A stretch of DNA of 64,000 bases from Acetobacteraceae bacterium (GTDB taxonomy: Bacteria > Pseudomonadota > Alphaproteobacteria > Acetobacterales > Acetobacteraceae): contig CBDDMJ010000009.1 of NCBI GenBank assembly GCA_965231175.1, positions 60,496 to 124,495 on the forward strand. Direction: 5' to 3'. Positions 49,068-59,194 of the stretch are shown here, in pieces. The notes below the pieces were generated by a model. That model was not told the origin of the DNA and did no database searches. It was given only the letters and a program-made list of their open reading frames with translations. The position numbers were made by a program, and so were the translations under genes. Within the stretch, counting starts at the first letter, position 1, and every line of letters begins with the position of its first letter.

Positions 49068-50234
49068 TTAGCTCTGCACATCCGGGCTCAGTACGACGCA
49101 GCCGGTGGGGCCGTTCGATAGTTTTTCGCAGGCGGTTACGGCGTCGTCATGCGGCAGGCCGGTGACGCGGGCGCGGTATTTGGTGCCGGTGGCGAGGTGG
49201 ACGGCCATGATGGTTGGTTGCCCGTGGATCAGCACTTGCACGGCTGAGAGTTCGGCGATGCCGAGCGCGGCGTTGGCGTTGTCCTTGGTATTGTAGGCGC
49301 CGACCTGAATAGCCCAGCCATGGGTTTGGCCAAGCGGTGCCGATTGCGGCGGCGGGGTGTCGGCCATCGCCGCGGGGATGAGCGAGAAGCCGGCAGTTGC
49401 AGGCGGGCTGGGTGGTGCTGGCTGCGGCGGCGGGGTGACCGGCTGCGACAGCGCCGGCTGCGGCGTATAGACGGCGGATTCGGGTGGGGCCTGCGGCACC
49501 AGAGCGGCCACCAGCACCGGCGCGACCGGGTTGGCAGGGGCGCTGGGTGCGGCCGGCATATCGGGGGAGTAGCCGGGCGGCAGCAGGCCGCCGGCGCGGC
49601 TGGCGGGCTGGGTGTTCAAGGCCAGCTGGTCGGCCTCCGAGCGGTCATCCGGGTAATAGCCTTCGATGCGCGGCGCGATCATCGCGACGTAGCGCGTGGT
49701 CTCGTTTGGCAGCGGGGTGTGGTAATCCATGTACGAATCAAGCCGCCCGGGCCCGGCATTATAGGCGGCGAGGAAGCCGGGCGAGCCGTAGACGGTGTAC
49801 ATTTCATGAATATAGGCGGTGCCGGCCATGATATTATTATACGGGTTGAAGGCGTCATCGCCGAGCGCGTAACGCGCGGCCATTTCCTGGTAGGTTTCGG
49901 GTTCCAGCTGCATCAGCCCCATGGCGCCGGCGGGGGAGACGGTGAGCTGGCCGTCCATATATTCCTGGCCGCCGGATTCGACGCGCATCACTTCGCGGAT
50001 CCATTGCTGCGGCACGTCGAAGCGGGCGGCGGCGATGCTGATATAGGGTCCCCATGGATCGCCGGGCGGGCCGGGGGGGCGGTAATTGCCCGCGGCATGG
50101 TCGATATAGTAATTGGTGGTGGGGCCCTCCGCGATGGTGCGGCTGGGGCTGGAACAGGCGGACAGGGCGCTCAGCCCGGCCAGACAAGTGCCCGCCTGCA
50201 ACCAGTTCAGCCTGGATTTTGCCGGCGTGGTCAT
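49068..50234 (-). CDS. lytic transglycosylase (SLT domain) with C-terminal SPOR domain
   Basis: Lipoprotein-type signal (LSALSAC). The SLT catalytic block is VMRVESGG...GAMGLMQL..TY. A Pro-rich linker and a SPOR-like GWAIQVGAYNTKDNANAAL follow. Confidence 0.8.
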   Translation of the reverse strand: MTTPAKSRLNWLQAGTCLAGLSALSACSSPSRTIAEGPTTNYYIDHAAGNYRPPGPPGDPWGPYISIAAARFDVPQQWIREVMRVESGGQEYMDGQLTVSPAGAMGLMQLEPETYQEMAARYALGDDAFNPYNNIMAGTAYIHEMYTVYGSPGFLAAYNAGPGRLDSYMDYHTPLPNETTRYVAMIAPRIEGYYPDDRSEADQLALNTQPASRAGGLLPPGYSPDMPAAPSAPANPVAPVLVAALVPQAPPESAVYTPQPALSQPVTPPPQPAPPSPPATAGFSLIPAAMADTPPPQSAPLGQTHGWAIQVGAYNTKDNANAALGIAELSAVQVLIHGQPTIMAVHLATGTKYRARVTGLPHDDAVTACEKLSNGPTGCVVLSPDVQS

Positions 50235-50429
50235 GCCGGGGTCGGGAAAAACGGCGTCGCCACGGGTAAGCCTCCTGATCCAGCGTATTTACATCATTGG
50301 TTTGCAGTGTTCTGCTCAATAATGGCATAAACAAGGCACTGTAAGCCCTTACGGGCAAACGGAAGTTTCTGCAAGTAAAACCTGGGCGCCATGATTGTCT
50401 TTGGCATGGGTTTGCCGGTACATCACCTC

Positions 50430-50777
50430 ATGAAGCGCATTTTGCCCTTACTGTGTCTGGGTCTGGCCGCCTGCGCCGGGCGTGGCGCGCCGGCGGTGCT
50501 GCCGGTCCCCCCGGTGGCCGGCAAAATGCTGTACGGTACGGTTGCCGCGATCCGGCCGGTCGATATCGCCAGTGCGCAGGATGCTCAGGCCGCCGGCATC
50601 AACGCCGTGCTCGCCGCCTTGCAGCAGCCGGCCCTGACCCCGCCGGTGACAGCACAGGAGGTGGTGATCCGGACCGACGATGGCGGTGCAGTTTCGATCA
50701 TCAGCGCGGTGCCGCATAGCCCCGGCCAAAAGGTCGGGATTTTGCAGGGCACGCCGACCAGCCTGCTGCTGCGCTAG
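50430..50777 (+). CDS. small lipoprotein, unknown function
   Basis: MKRILPLLCLGLAACAG lipobox. About 115 aa. Confidence 0.5.
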   Translation: MKRILPLLCLGLAACAGRGAPAVLPVPPVAGKMLYGTVAAIRPVDIASAQDAQAAGINAVLAALQQPALTPPVTAQEVVIRTDDGGAVSIISAVPHSPGQKVGILQGTPTSLLLR

Positions 50778-50778
50778 C

Positions 50779-50918
50779 AGAGGAAGTAGCCGCTTTTTTG
50801 AAAAAAAGCGGCGCAAAAAACTTTCATAAGTCAGGAGCCGGGAGTTTTTAACGCCATTGGCCCAGATTAATAGAAGTCTTTTTGCTGCTTTTTCTTCAGA
50901 AAAAGCAGTGCTTCCTTA
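50779..50918. repeat. MITE/REP-like element, copy E12 (short form)
   Basis: AGAGGAAGTA + GCCGCTTTTTT/AAAAAAAGCGGC ... GGCCCAGATTAATAGAAGTCTTTTTG + CTGCTTTTTC/GAAAAAGCAG + TGCTTCCTTAT. Confidence 0.8.
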
Positions 50919-50974
50919 TAACCGGACCGCGCGCTGCAGTTGAAGACGGCTGCCCATTCGGCTATCGCCAGACC

Positions 50975-51874
50975 ATGAACATGACAGCACTGCCCGGTGC
51001 ACCGCCGGAGCTCGATTTGCTCACACTCGCCCAGCCGCCGGAAATCCAGATTTCGATCGCCGCAGCGCCCAACTGGCGCGCCCGCTTCGCGCTGGCGTGG
51101 ACGGATTTGCGGCAATCCGCGATGCTCTGGCGTCTGATCTGGACGCTGGCGCTGCTGGATATAAGGCTGCGCTATCGCGGCTCGATCCTCGGGCCGTTCT
51201 GGCTCACGCTGTCAACCGCCGTGATGGTCAGCTCGCTCGGGTTTTTATATTCACGGCTGTTCCATACCGACATCACGACCTATTTGCCGTTTCTGTCGCT
51301 TTCGCTGGTACTGTGGAATTTTCTGAATACGCTGACCGGCGATGCCTGCACCTGCTTCACCCTGTCGGAAAACATGATCCGCGCCATGCGCATGCCGCTC
51401 TCGCTGCACGCCGCGCGCGTGGTGATCCGCAATATCCTGGTGCTGGCGCACAATATTATCGTCATCGTCGGTGTCTTCATCATCATGCACCGCGCCCCGG
51501 GCGCGTTCTCGCTGCTGGTGATCCCGGCGTTCGCGCTCTGGGTGTTCGATGCCCTGGCCGTCGGCCTGCTGCTCGGCATCGTCTGCGCCCGCTTCAGGGA
51601 TGTGCCGCCGATCGTTGCCAGCATCATGCAGATCGCGTTTTTCGTCAGCCCGATCCTGTGGAGCCCGACCGTGCTGGCGCATCGCGGGCTGGGCATCGTG
51701 CTGATCAAATGGAACCCGTTTTTTGCGCTGCTGGAGATCGTCCGCGGGCCGCTGCTGGGTAGCCCGTTGATGGGCGAAACCTGGCTGGTGGCACTCGGCT
51801 ATTCCGCGGGACTCGGCCTGCTGGCCGCCCTGGCCTTTGCCAAGGCGCGGTCGCGCATCTCCTACTGGGTATAA
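50975..51874 (+). CDS. ABC-2 type polysaccharide/O-antigen export permease (Wzm/KpsM-like)
   Basis: The start was chosen at MNMTALPG.. It has the block D...RYRGS.LG.FW and 6 TM helices. Confidence 0.8.
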   Translation: MNMTALPGAPPELDLLTLAQPPEIQISIAAAPNWRARFALAWTDLRQSAMLWRLIWTLALLDIRLRYRGSILGPFWLTLSTAVMVSSLGFLYSRLFHTDITTYLPFLSLSLVLWNFLNTLTGDACTCFTLSENMIRAMRMPLSLHAARVVIRNILVLAHNIIVIVGVFIIMHRAPGAFSLLVIPAFALWVFDALAVGLLLGIVCARFRDVPPIVASIMQIAFFVSPILWSPTVLAHRGLGIVLIKWNPFFALLEIVRGPLLGSPLMGETWLVALGYSAGLGLLAALAFAKARSRISYWV

Positions 51875-51878
51875 GGAC

Positions 51879-52661
51879 ATGGCCAGCCTCAGTATCGAGC
51901 GCGTTTCGATCTCCTTTCCGCTGTATCACGGCGAAAGCCGCAGCCTGAAGAAAACCGTGTTCGCCGCCGCCTCCGGCCGGCTCGGCGAGGACCGCCGCCA
52001 CCGCCTGGTGGTGCAGGCGCTGCGCGATGTTTCCTTCACGCTGAACAGCGGTGACCGCCTTGGCTTTATCGGCTCCAACGGCGCCGGCAAAACCACGCTG
52101 CTGCGCGCCATGGCCGGTATCTACGAGCCGGTGGAAGGCCATATCCAGATCAACGGCGCCGTCACCGCCCTGCTGGACCCCGGGCAGGGCATGAACCTCG
52201 AACTCACAGGACGCGAAAACATCCGCCTGCGCGGCCTGTTCAACGGCCTCAACCCGGCACAGATTGCCCAGTTGATCGACGACGTCGCGGAATTCGCCGA
52301 GCTGGCCCAGTTCATGGACTTGCCGGTGCGAATGTACAGCTCCGGCATGGTGGTCCGCCTCGGCTTCGCCCTGGCCACCGCCACCAAACCGCAAGTCCTG
52401 CTGATGGACGAATGGATCCTCGCCGGCGACGCCAGCTTCATGGACAAAGCCCGCAACCGGCTGGAAACCATGGTCCGCGGCGCCGAGATCCTGGTGCTGT
52501 CGTCGCACTCGGCCGATATCATCATGAAATGGTGCAACCGCGTGATCTGGATGGACGGCGGTGAAATCCGCGCCGATGGAGCACCGGACGACGTCCTCTC
52601 CGCCTATCTGACGCCGGATCAATTCGCGCTGGCCAAGGCGACGTTGAAGGTGGTGGCTTAA
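51879..52661 (+). CDS. ABC polysaccharide export ATP-binding protein (Wzt/KpsT-like)
   Basis: MASLSIERVSISFPLY.. with Walker A GSNGAGKTT, signature YSSGMVVRL and Walker B VLLMDEW. Confidence 0.85.
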   Translation: MASLSIERVSISFPLYHGESRSLKKTVFAAASGRLGEDRRHRLVVQALRDVSFTLNSGDRLGFIGSNGAGKTTLLRAMAGIYEPVEGHIQINGAVTALLDPGQGMNLELTGRENIRLRGLFNGLNPAQIAQLIDDVAEFAELAQFMDLPVRMYSSGMVVRLGFALATATKPQVLLMDEWILAGDASFMDKARNRLETMVRGAEILVLSSHSADIIMKWCNRVIWMDGGEIRADGAPDDVLSAYLTPDQFALAKATLKVVA

Positions 52662-52909
52662 GACAAGGAAGCACTTCTTTTTGTGAACAAAAAGAAGCAA
52701 AAAACTTTATGAGTCTGGGCCTGGGGCGGAGCGGCCAAGGTTGCGTATGCGAAGCGTATGGAATGCCGCGGAGGGGTGGTCCGCCAAACGCCTCATGATC
52801 CGGTATAAATTTCTGCTGGGTACTGGGCGTTGTCTGCATCCCGCCCCATGCCCCAGAAGAATCAAAAGTTTTTTGCTGCTTTTTTTCAAAAAAGCAGTGC
52901 TTGCTTTAC
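52659..52909. repeat. MITE/REP-like element, copy E13 (longest form, extra internal insert)
   Basis: It starts in the TAA stop at 52659-52661. CTTCTTTTTGT/ACAAAAAGAAG, ATGAGTCTGGGCC, an extra ~50-nt insert containing GCGTATGCGAAGCGTATGG, a CCGGTATAAATTTCTGCTGGG module, then CTGCTTTTTTT/AAAAAAGCAG + TGCTTGC. Confidence 0.8.
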
Positions 52910-53707
52910 TTTTCCCTCATCCGCTCCGGCGATCATGCCGAAGCGGATGAACAGGTCGATCAGCACCAGGTTCACGTTGAATTTGAAATCGTCGGTGGTG
53001 GCGACGATTTTGAAGACTTCATCGAGCGGCATCAGGGTGAAGGACGCCATTTCTCCGTCTGCCGGGATGGGGGTGAAGCTTTCCGGCAGGATCAGGTCGT
53101 AGGCGAAGATGGCGTCGCGGCGCAGGCCTTCCGGGCGTTGCATATCGTAGCGGAAGAAGGCCACCGGTCTGGCTTTGGCGGCCAGGCTGGGGGGCAGGCT
53201 GGCTTCCTCGGCGGCTTCCTTGAGGAGGGTTTGCTGCCGGCTGAAGCCGGCTGCGATGCCGCCGGCCACCAGATGGTCGAGCTTGCCGGGGTCGAGTTTT
53301 TTATCGGCGGCGCGTTTGCCGACCCAGAGGTGCCAGCCGGCGGCGTTTTTGACCAGCCCGTTGACATGCACGCCGGCGCCGATGACGCCGAAATCCGGTA
53401 CCGCGCCGCGGTCCAGGATTGCCAGCACCGGGCCGTCCACATCCTGCCGCACGTCGAAATTTTCATCGCGCAGGGCGATGCCGGCGGCTTTGGCGATGGC
53501 ATTCAGCTGGCCGGCCGCGGCGCTGTGCAGCACCACGCGGTCTGTCACCTTGATATCCGGATTGGCGGCCAGTTTTGCCGCCAGTTCAGGGCTCACATAG
53601 CCGACGTGCCGGTCGCCGATGTGGAACGCCAGGCGGCCGCCGGGCAGGAATGCGTTCCGGCAGGCTGTTATGTGAGATAATAGCTTTTCAATTTCAGGTG
53701 TAGATGC
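52886..53707 (-). CDS. NUDIX-related (DUF4743-like) protein, tentative
   Basis: The start was chosen at MASTPEIEKLL. The Nudix box is only partly recognisable (GGIAAGFSRQQTLLKEAAEEASL). The last 8 codons and the stop lie inside repeat E13. Confidence 0.5.
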   Translation of the reverse strand, partial: ASTPEIEKLLSHITACRNAFLPGGRLAFHIGDRHVGYVSPELAAKLAANPDIKVTDRVVLHSAAAGQLNAIAKAAGIALRDENFDVRQDVDGPVLAILDRGAVPDFGVIGAGVHVNGLVKNAAGWHLWVGKRAADKKLDPGKLDHLVAGGIAAGFSRQQTLLKEAAEEASLPPSLAAKARPVAFFRYDMQRPEGLRRDAIFAYDLILPESFTPIPADGEMASFTLMPLDEVFKIVATTDDFKFNVNLVLIDLFIRFGMIAGADEGKVKQALLF

Positions 53708-53719
53708 CATCTGGCAGAG

Positions 53720-55609
53720 ATGAGACCTAGCCACTCCGTTGCCAACCCGTCGCCGCCAGCAGACCATAAGAGCAAGCCGGGCCGCAGCGGCTGGGCGACC
53801 ACCCGGTCATTGTTGCCGTATCTATGGCCGAAGAACGCCCTCGGCCTGCGGGTGCGGCTGGTGCTTGCCACGATTTGCATGATCCTTGCCAAGGTCGCTA
53901 CCGTTTATGTGCCGATCCTGTATTCGCACGCGGTCGATCAGCTGTCGCCGAAGGCCGGCATCCTGGTGGTTCCGGCCGCCATCATCGTGGCATATGGTTT
54001 GGTTCGCATTGCCTCGACGGCGTTTGGCGAGCTGCGGGACGCGCTGTTCGCGGCGGTGCAGATGCGCGCCTCGCGGGTGGTTGCCCGGCAGACCTTCGAG
54101 CATTTGCATGGCCTGTCGATGCGGTTTCATCTGGACCGCCAGACCGGCGGGCTTTCCAACGTTATTTTGCGCGGCACCCTTGGCATACAGAATGTGCTGC
54201 GTCTGGCCACGTTCAATGTGGTTCCTACCATCATCGAGCTGATGCTGACCGCCGGCATTCTTTGGTATATGTTCGGCATCTGGTTTGCCGTCGTCACTTT
54301 CCTCGCCGTGGTGGTTTATATGGGCTTCACCTTCGGTATGACTGCATGGCGCTCCAAATTCCGCCGCCTGATGAACCAGACCGATAACGAGGCGCAGACC
54401 AAAGCCATCGACTCATTATTGAACTTCGAAACCGTGAAGTATTTCGGCAATGAGGAGCATGAGGCCAGCCGCTTCGACCAGAGCCTGGCGCGCTATGAAA
54501 AAGCCTCGGTGCAGTCGCAGGTGTCGCTGAACGCCTTGAACATCGGGCAGGGTGTAGTGATTTCGTTGGCGCTCGCGGTGATGATGCTGATGGCTGCCGA
54601 TGCCGTCAGCCAGCACCGCATGACGGTTGGCCAGTTCGTGCTGGTCAATACCTATCTCATGCAGCTGTATGTGCCGCTTGGCATGCTCGGCTTCGTGTAC
54701 TGGCAGATCAGCCAGGGTCTGGTGGATATGGAGCAGATGTTCTCGCTGCTGCATGTCAACCAGGATATCGCCGATGCGCCGGATGCCCGCATACTGCCGG
54801 CCACCGGCCTGCCGGCCGAAGTGCGGTTTCAGGATGTGCGTTTTGCCTATAATCCGGACCGGGAAATTCTGCATGGCATCGGCTTCACCGTGGCACCCGG
54901 GCAGAAAGTCGCGCTGGTCGGGCCGACCGGCTCCGGCAAATCCACCATCAGCCGCCTGCTGTTCCGCTTTTATGATACCACCCAGGGCAGCGTGCTGATC
55001 GACGGCACCGATATCCGCGAGATCACGCAGAAATCGCTGCGCGCCAGCATCGGCGTGGTGCCGCAGGATACCGTGCTGTTCAACGATTCAATCTATTACA
55101 ATATCGCCTATGGCCGCCCCGGCGCCAGCACTGAGGAGATCGAGCACGCCGCGCGTCTGGCGCAGATACATGATTTCATCATCACCTTGCCGCAAGGCTA
55201 CCAGACCAAGGTGGGCGAACGCGGGTTGAAACTCTCCGGCGGTGAGAAGCAGCGCGTTGCCATTGCCCGCACCATTTTGAAAAATCCCCGTATCCTGATC
55301 CTGGACGAAGCCACCTCGGCGCTCGACACCGCCACCGAGCAGGAGATCGGCGCCGCCCTGCGCTCCATCGCCTACGACCGTACCACCCTGGTGATCGCCC
55401 ACCGGCTCTCGACCGTTACCGATGCCGATGAAATCCTGGTGCTGTCCGAGGGCAATATCGTCGAACGCGGCACCCATGCCGATCTGCTGGATGCCCAAGG
55501 CACTTATGCCGCCATGTGGGCAGCCCAGGTCGAGCTTGAGGATATCGCCGTCGAAGCCGGGATCGACCCGGTGCAGCTCGAAAAAACCGTCTCGGAAGCC
55601 GCGGCGTAA
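53720..55609 (+). CDS. ATM1/HMT1-type ABC exporter (TMD-NBD)
   Basis: 629 aa with 6 TM helices, then Walker A GPTGSGKST, signature LSGGEKQR and Walker B ILILDEATSALD. Confidence 0.85.
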   Translation: MRPSHSVANPSPPADHKSKPGRSGWATTRSLLPYLWPKNALGLRVRLVLATICMILAKVATVYVPILYSHAVDQLSPKAGILVVPAAIIVAYGLVRIASTAFGELRDALFAAVQMRASRVVARQTFEHLHGLSMRFHLDRQTGGLSNVILRGTLGIQNVLRLATFNVVPTIIELMLTAGILWYMFGIWFAVVTFLAVVVYMGFTFGMTAWRSKFRRLMNQTDNEAQTKAIDSLLNFETVKYFGNEEHEASRFDQSLARYEKASVQSQVSLNALNIGQGVVISLALAVMMLMAADAVSQHRMTVGQFVLVNTYLMQLYVPLGMLGFVYWQISQGLVDMEQMFSLLHVNQDIADAPDARILPATGLPAEVRFQDVRFAYNPDREILHGIGFTVAPGQKVALVGPTGSGKSTISRLLFRFYDTTQGSVLIDGTDIREITQKSLRASIGVVPQDTVLFNDSIYYNIAYGRPGASTEEIEHAARLAQIHDFIITLPQGYQTKVGERGLKLSGGEKQRVAIARTILKNPRILILDEATSALDTATEQEIGAALRSIAYDRTTLVIAHRLSTVTDADEILVLSEGNIVERGTHADLLDAQGTYAAMWAAQVELEDIAVEAGIDPVQLEKTVSEAAA

Positions 55610-55664
55610 GCTGGATTTGCGGCCGCCAGCCACCAAGTAAAGACGCCAAGAAAGGCAAAGCCCG

Positions 55665-55922
55665 ATGGAGCCAATACAGCCTACGCCGGAACGCGAGCTC
55701 TCCCAGGCCGGTTCGGTGGTCGATAAAAGCATCGAATTCATGACCGGCCAGAACATCCCGCCGCTCGCCATCGCTTCGGCCCTGCTCGGCGGCGCCATCG
55801 GCGTACTGTGCCGCAACCTGCCGGACGATATCGTTATCCAGATCCTGCAAAACGCCATCGAAAGCATCGAAACCGGCGAAATGCATAACGCCGCCGGCCA
55901 GGACCACGCCGGCACGGCTTGA
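55665..55922 (+). CDS. hypothetical protein (85 aa)
   Basis: The ORF is followed by a good intrinsic terminator. No family was recognised. Confidence 0.4.
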   Translation: MEPIQPTPERELSQAGSVVDKSIEFMTGQNIPPLAIASALLGGAIGVLCRNLPDDIVIQILQNAIESIETGEMHNAAGQDHAGTA

Positions 55923-55957
55923 CCCTGGCGGGCGGTTTCGCCATAACCTGCGGCGCG

Positions 55958-55987
55958 CAGCCCTGCAAAGGGCTGCTTTCTGTTTTG
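55958..55987 (+). terminator. Rho-independent terminator candidate
   Basis: Stem GCAGCCC/GGGCTGC, loop TGCAAA, followed by TTTCTGTTTT. Confidence 0.55.
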
Positions 55988-56008
55988 TAGACAAGTAGGA
56001 TATACCCG

Positions 56009-56308
56009 ATGGCCCGCCGCTGCGAATTGACCGGAAAAACCGTGATGTCTGGCAATAATGTCAGCCACGCCAACAACAAGACCCGCCGCCGTTTCCTGCC
56101 CAATCTGCAGGAAACCACGCTGACCTCGGATATCCTCGGTGCCGTCCGCCTGCGCCTGTCGACCCGCGCCATCCGGACCATCGAACATAATGGCGGCCTC
56201 GATGCCTACATACTTGGCCAATCCGCCAGCAAGCTGACCACCGAAGGCCGCGTACTGAAACGCCGCCTGAACCTGGCCTCCGCCAAGAAAGACGCCAAGG
56301 CGGCCTGA
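56009..56308 (+). CDS. rpmB: 50S ribosomal protein L28
   Basis: [34 protein letters not shown] is the canonical L28 N-terminus. Confidence 0.9.
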   Translation: MARRCELTGKTVMSGNNVSHANNKTRRRFLPNLQETTLTSDILGAVRLRLSTRAIRTIEHNGGLDAYILGQSASKLTTEGRVLKRRLNLASAKKDAKAA

Positions 56309-56336
56309 GCCGGATTACTTTCAAAGGGGTCGGTTG

Positions 56337-56476
56337 TAAGGAAGCACTGCTTTTTCTGAAGAAAAAGCAGCAAAAAGACTTTTATTAATCTGGGCCATTG
56401 GCGTTTAAAATTCCCGGCTTCGGACTCAAAGAAGTTTTTTGCGCCGCTTTTTTTCAAAAAGCGGCTGCTTTCTTTG
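56337..56476. repeat. MITE/REP-like element, copy E14 (short form, inverted relative to E3/E5/E12)
   Basis: GTAAGGAAGCA + CTGCTTTTTC/GAAAAAGCAG + CAAAAAGACTTTTATTAATCTGGGCC ... AAGTTTTTTGC + GCCGCTTTTTTT/AAAAAGCGGC + TGCTTTC. Confidence 0.8.
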
Positions 56477-56598
56477 TCAGGACATATCTGCTCCAGACCG
56501 GGTCCGGGGCAGCCCTTGCTTTCATGTCGACACCTGTCGACAAACGGGTTGGGCTTGGTTAAGGGGCAGGTATAACCCTCCAACTATTTAGGCTGCCC

Positions 56599-58329
56599 AT
56601 GCCCAGTTTCGCTCCTTCCGCACTGGCTGCCGAACGGCGCATGCCCAATCGCTGGGATGCCGCGGGGTTGCTGCTGGTGATGGGGCTGTTGATCGGCCTG
56701 GTGGATGTGGGGCGCAGCACGTTGTTCACGCCGCTTTCGGTGGGCCATGCCTCTGCCATTCATCTCGATCCGTCTTATTTGCCGGGTTATGCGCTGCGTA
56801 CCACGGCGCGGATGTTCGCGGCTTTGTTCGCCTCGCTGTTTTTTACCTTTACCTTTGCGACGGGGGCGGCGAAGAGCCGGCGGGCCGGGCTGATTTTGAT
56901 CCCGATCCTCGATATTCTGCAATCGGTGCCGATCCTGGGGTTTCTCTCGTTCACCGTGGTGTTTTTTCTGAACCTGTTTCCGGGCCGGGTTTTCGGTGCG
57001 GAACTGGCCTGTATTTTTGCGATTTTCACCAGCCAGGCCTGGAACATGGCGTTCAGCTTCTACCAGTCGCTCACCATGCTGCCGGCGGATTTGCAGGAAG
57101 CCGCACGGGCTTTCCGGCTCTCGCCGTGGCAGAAATTCTGGCGGCTCGATGTGCCGTTTGCGATGCCGGGGCTGGTTTGGAACACCATGCTTTCGATGTC
57201 CGGCGGCTGGTTTTTCGTGGTCGCGTCCGAGGCGATTACCGTGGGCAATACCACTTTCGCGCTGCCGGGCATCGGCTCTTATGTGGCGATGGCCTTGGCG
57301 CAGAAAAATCTGCTGGCGATTTTCTATGCCATCGTGGCGATGCTAGTGGTGATTTTGCTGTACGATCAGCTGCTGTTCCGGCCGCTGGTGGCGTGGTCCG
57401 GCAAGTTCCGGTTCGAGACCACGGCGGCGGTGGCGACGCCGGACCCCTGGATGTTGAAATTGATCCGGCAGACCAGCGTGTTCAGGGCGATTTTCGATAT
57501 GCTGGGCGATGCTCTCGGCGTGGTGCTGCGGCTGCGGCTGGCGGGCAGTTCGACCGTGCAGGTGGATGAGAACCGCCAACCGTCACGGGTGATCGATGCG
57601 ATCTGGTTTGCGATGATCGCTGCCCTGGCGGCTTACGCTTTTTGGAAAATCCTCGGCTTCATTGCCGGCTCCTTGCATTGGCACGATCTGGGCACGGCGT
57701 TGCTGATGGGCACCTATACGATGATCCGCGTGATCGTGCTGATGGCGATTGCGGCTTTGGTGTGGGTGCCGGTCGGCGTGTGGATCGGTCTCAGGCCAAA
57801 GGCGACGCGCATCGTGCAGCCGGTCGCGCAGTTTCTTGCGGCGTTTCCGGCCAATCTGCTGTTTCCGCCGTTCGTGGTGGCGATTGTGTATTTCCACGTC
57901 AGTCCGAATATCTGGCTGACGCCGCTGATGCTGATCGGCACGCAATGGTATATTTTGTTCAACGTCATTGCCGGTGCTGCGGCGTTCCCGGGCGATATGC
58001 GCGAGGCGGTGGCGAATTTCCGCATCCACGGCTGGCTGCGCTGGAAGCGGGTGATGATCCCCGGCATTTTGCCGTATTTCGTGACCGGCGCGATTACTGC
58101 GAGCGGCGGCGCCTGGAATGCTTCGATCGTTGCCGAAGTGGCCAGCTGGGGCAGCACGAATTTGCACGCAGAGGGGCTGGGCGCTTATATCGCGCAGGCC
58201 ACCACCGCCGGCGATACGCCGCGCATCGTGCTCGGCGTGGCGGTCATGTCCGCCTTTGTCATCACCTTCAACCGGGTCTTGTGGCGTCCGCTGTACGCCT
58301 ATGCCGCCCGCCGCACCACGATGGGGTAA
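56599..58329 (+). CDS. ABC transporter permease with duplicated (fused) transmembrane domains, NitT/TauT-like
   Basis: 576 aa with two successive ~6-TM BPD-type modules. The cognate ATPase gene follows 3 nt later. Confidence 0.75.
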   Translation: MPSFAPSALAAERRMPNRWDAAGLLLVMGLLIGLVDVGRSTLFTPLSVGHASAIHLDPSYLPGYALRTTARMFAALFASLFFTFTFATGAAKSRRAGLILIPILDILQSVPILGFLSFTVVFFLNLFPGRVFGAELACIFAIFTSQAWNMAFSFYQSLTMLPADLQEAARAFRLSPWQKFWRLDVPFAMPGLVWNTMLSMSGGWFFVVASEAITVGNTTFALPGIGSYVAMALAQKNLLAIFYAIVAMLVVILLYDQLLFRPLVAWSGKFRFETTAAVATPDPWMLKLIRQTSVFRAIFDMLGDALGVVLRLRLAGSSTVQVDENRQPSRVIDAIWFAMIAALAAYAFWKILGFIAGSLHWHDLGTALLMGTYTMIRVIVLMAIAALVWVPVGVWIGLRPKATRIVQPVAQFLAAFPANLLFPPFVVAIVYFHVSPNIWLTPLMLIGTQWYILFNVIAGAAAFPGDMREAVANFRIHGWLRWKRVMIPGILPYFVTGAITASGGAWNASIVAEVASWGSTNLHAEGLGAYIAQATTAGDTPRIVLGVAVMSAFVITFNRVLWRPLYAYAARRTTMG

Positions 58330-58332
58330 GAT

Positions 58333-59190
58333 ATGGATCAGGCCACCGCGATCGAGGCGCCGCTCGTCACCGTCCGCAACTGCCGGCAGGCTTACCATAA
58401 GGATGCCAGTGCCGATCTGATCGTGCTGGATGACGTGAACCTGACGTTGCAGGCCGGCGAGATTGTCGGGCTGCTGGGGCGGTCCGGCTCCGGCAAATCG
58501 ACATTGCTGCGAATTGTTTCGGGGCTGCTCAAGCCCACCGCCGGCGAGGTGAAATGGCGCGGCGTGCCGTTGACCGGGCCGGCCGAGGGGGTGGCGATGG
58601 TGTTCCAGAGCTTCGCGCTGTTTCCCTGGCTGACCGTGCAGGAAAACGTCGGGCTGGGGCTGGAAGCGCAAGGGGTGAAGAAGGACGAGCGTGAGGAGCG
58701 GACCGAGGCGGCGATCGATCTGATCGGCCTCGGCGGTTACGATACCGCCTATCCGAAAGAACTTTCCGGCGGCATGCGCCAGCGGGTGGGGCTGGCGCGG
58801 GCGCTGGTGGTGCATCCGGATCTGCTGCTGATGGACGAACCGTTTTCGGCACTCGATGTGCTGACCGCCGAGACGCTGCGTACCGACCTCATCGACCTCT
58901 GGATGGACCGCAAACTGCCGGTCAAATCCATCCTGATCGTCACGCATAATATCGAGGAAGCGGTGCTGATGTGCGACCGTATCCTGGTGTTTTCCTCCAA
59001 TCCCGGCCGGGTGGCGCAGGAGCTGAAAGTGCCGTTCGCGCATCCGCGCAACCGCTTCGACCCCGCCTTCCGGCAGATGGTGGACGATATTTACGGCATC
59101 ATGACCCGCCGCAAAATCAACCCGCCGCAAGCCGTGCCGGCAACCGGTTTTGCCACTCCGCTGCACCCGGTCTTGCCGCCATGCCAGGAG
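58333..59190 (+). CDS. ABC transporter ATP-binding protein, probably 3'-truncated at a sequence junction
   Basis: Walker A GRSGSGKST, signature LSGGMRQR, Walker B LLLMDEP and H-loop VTHN. ABC-like sequence continues to ~DDIYGIMTRRKINPPQ. The ORF then reads to a stop at 59232 through sequence that belongs to an antisense gene fragment. Confidence 0.7.
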
Positions 59191-59194
59191 CGAA

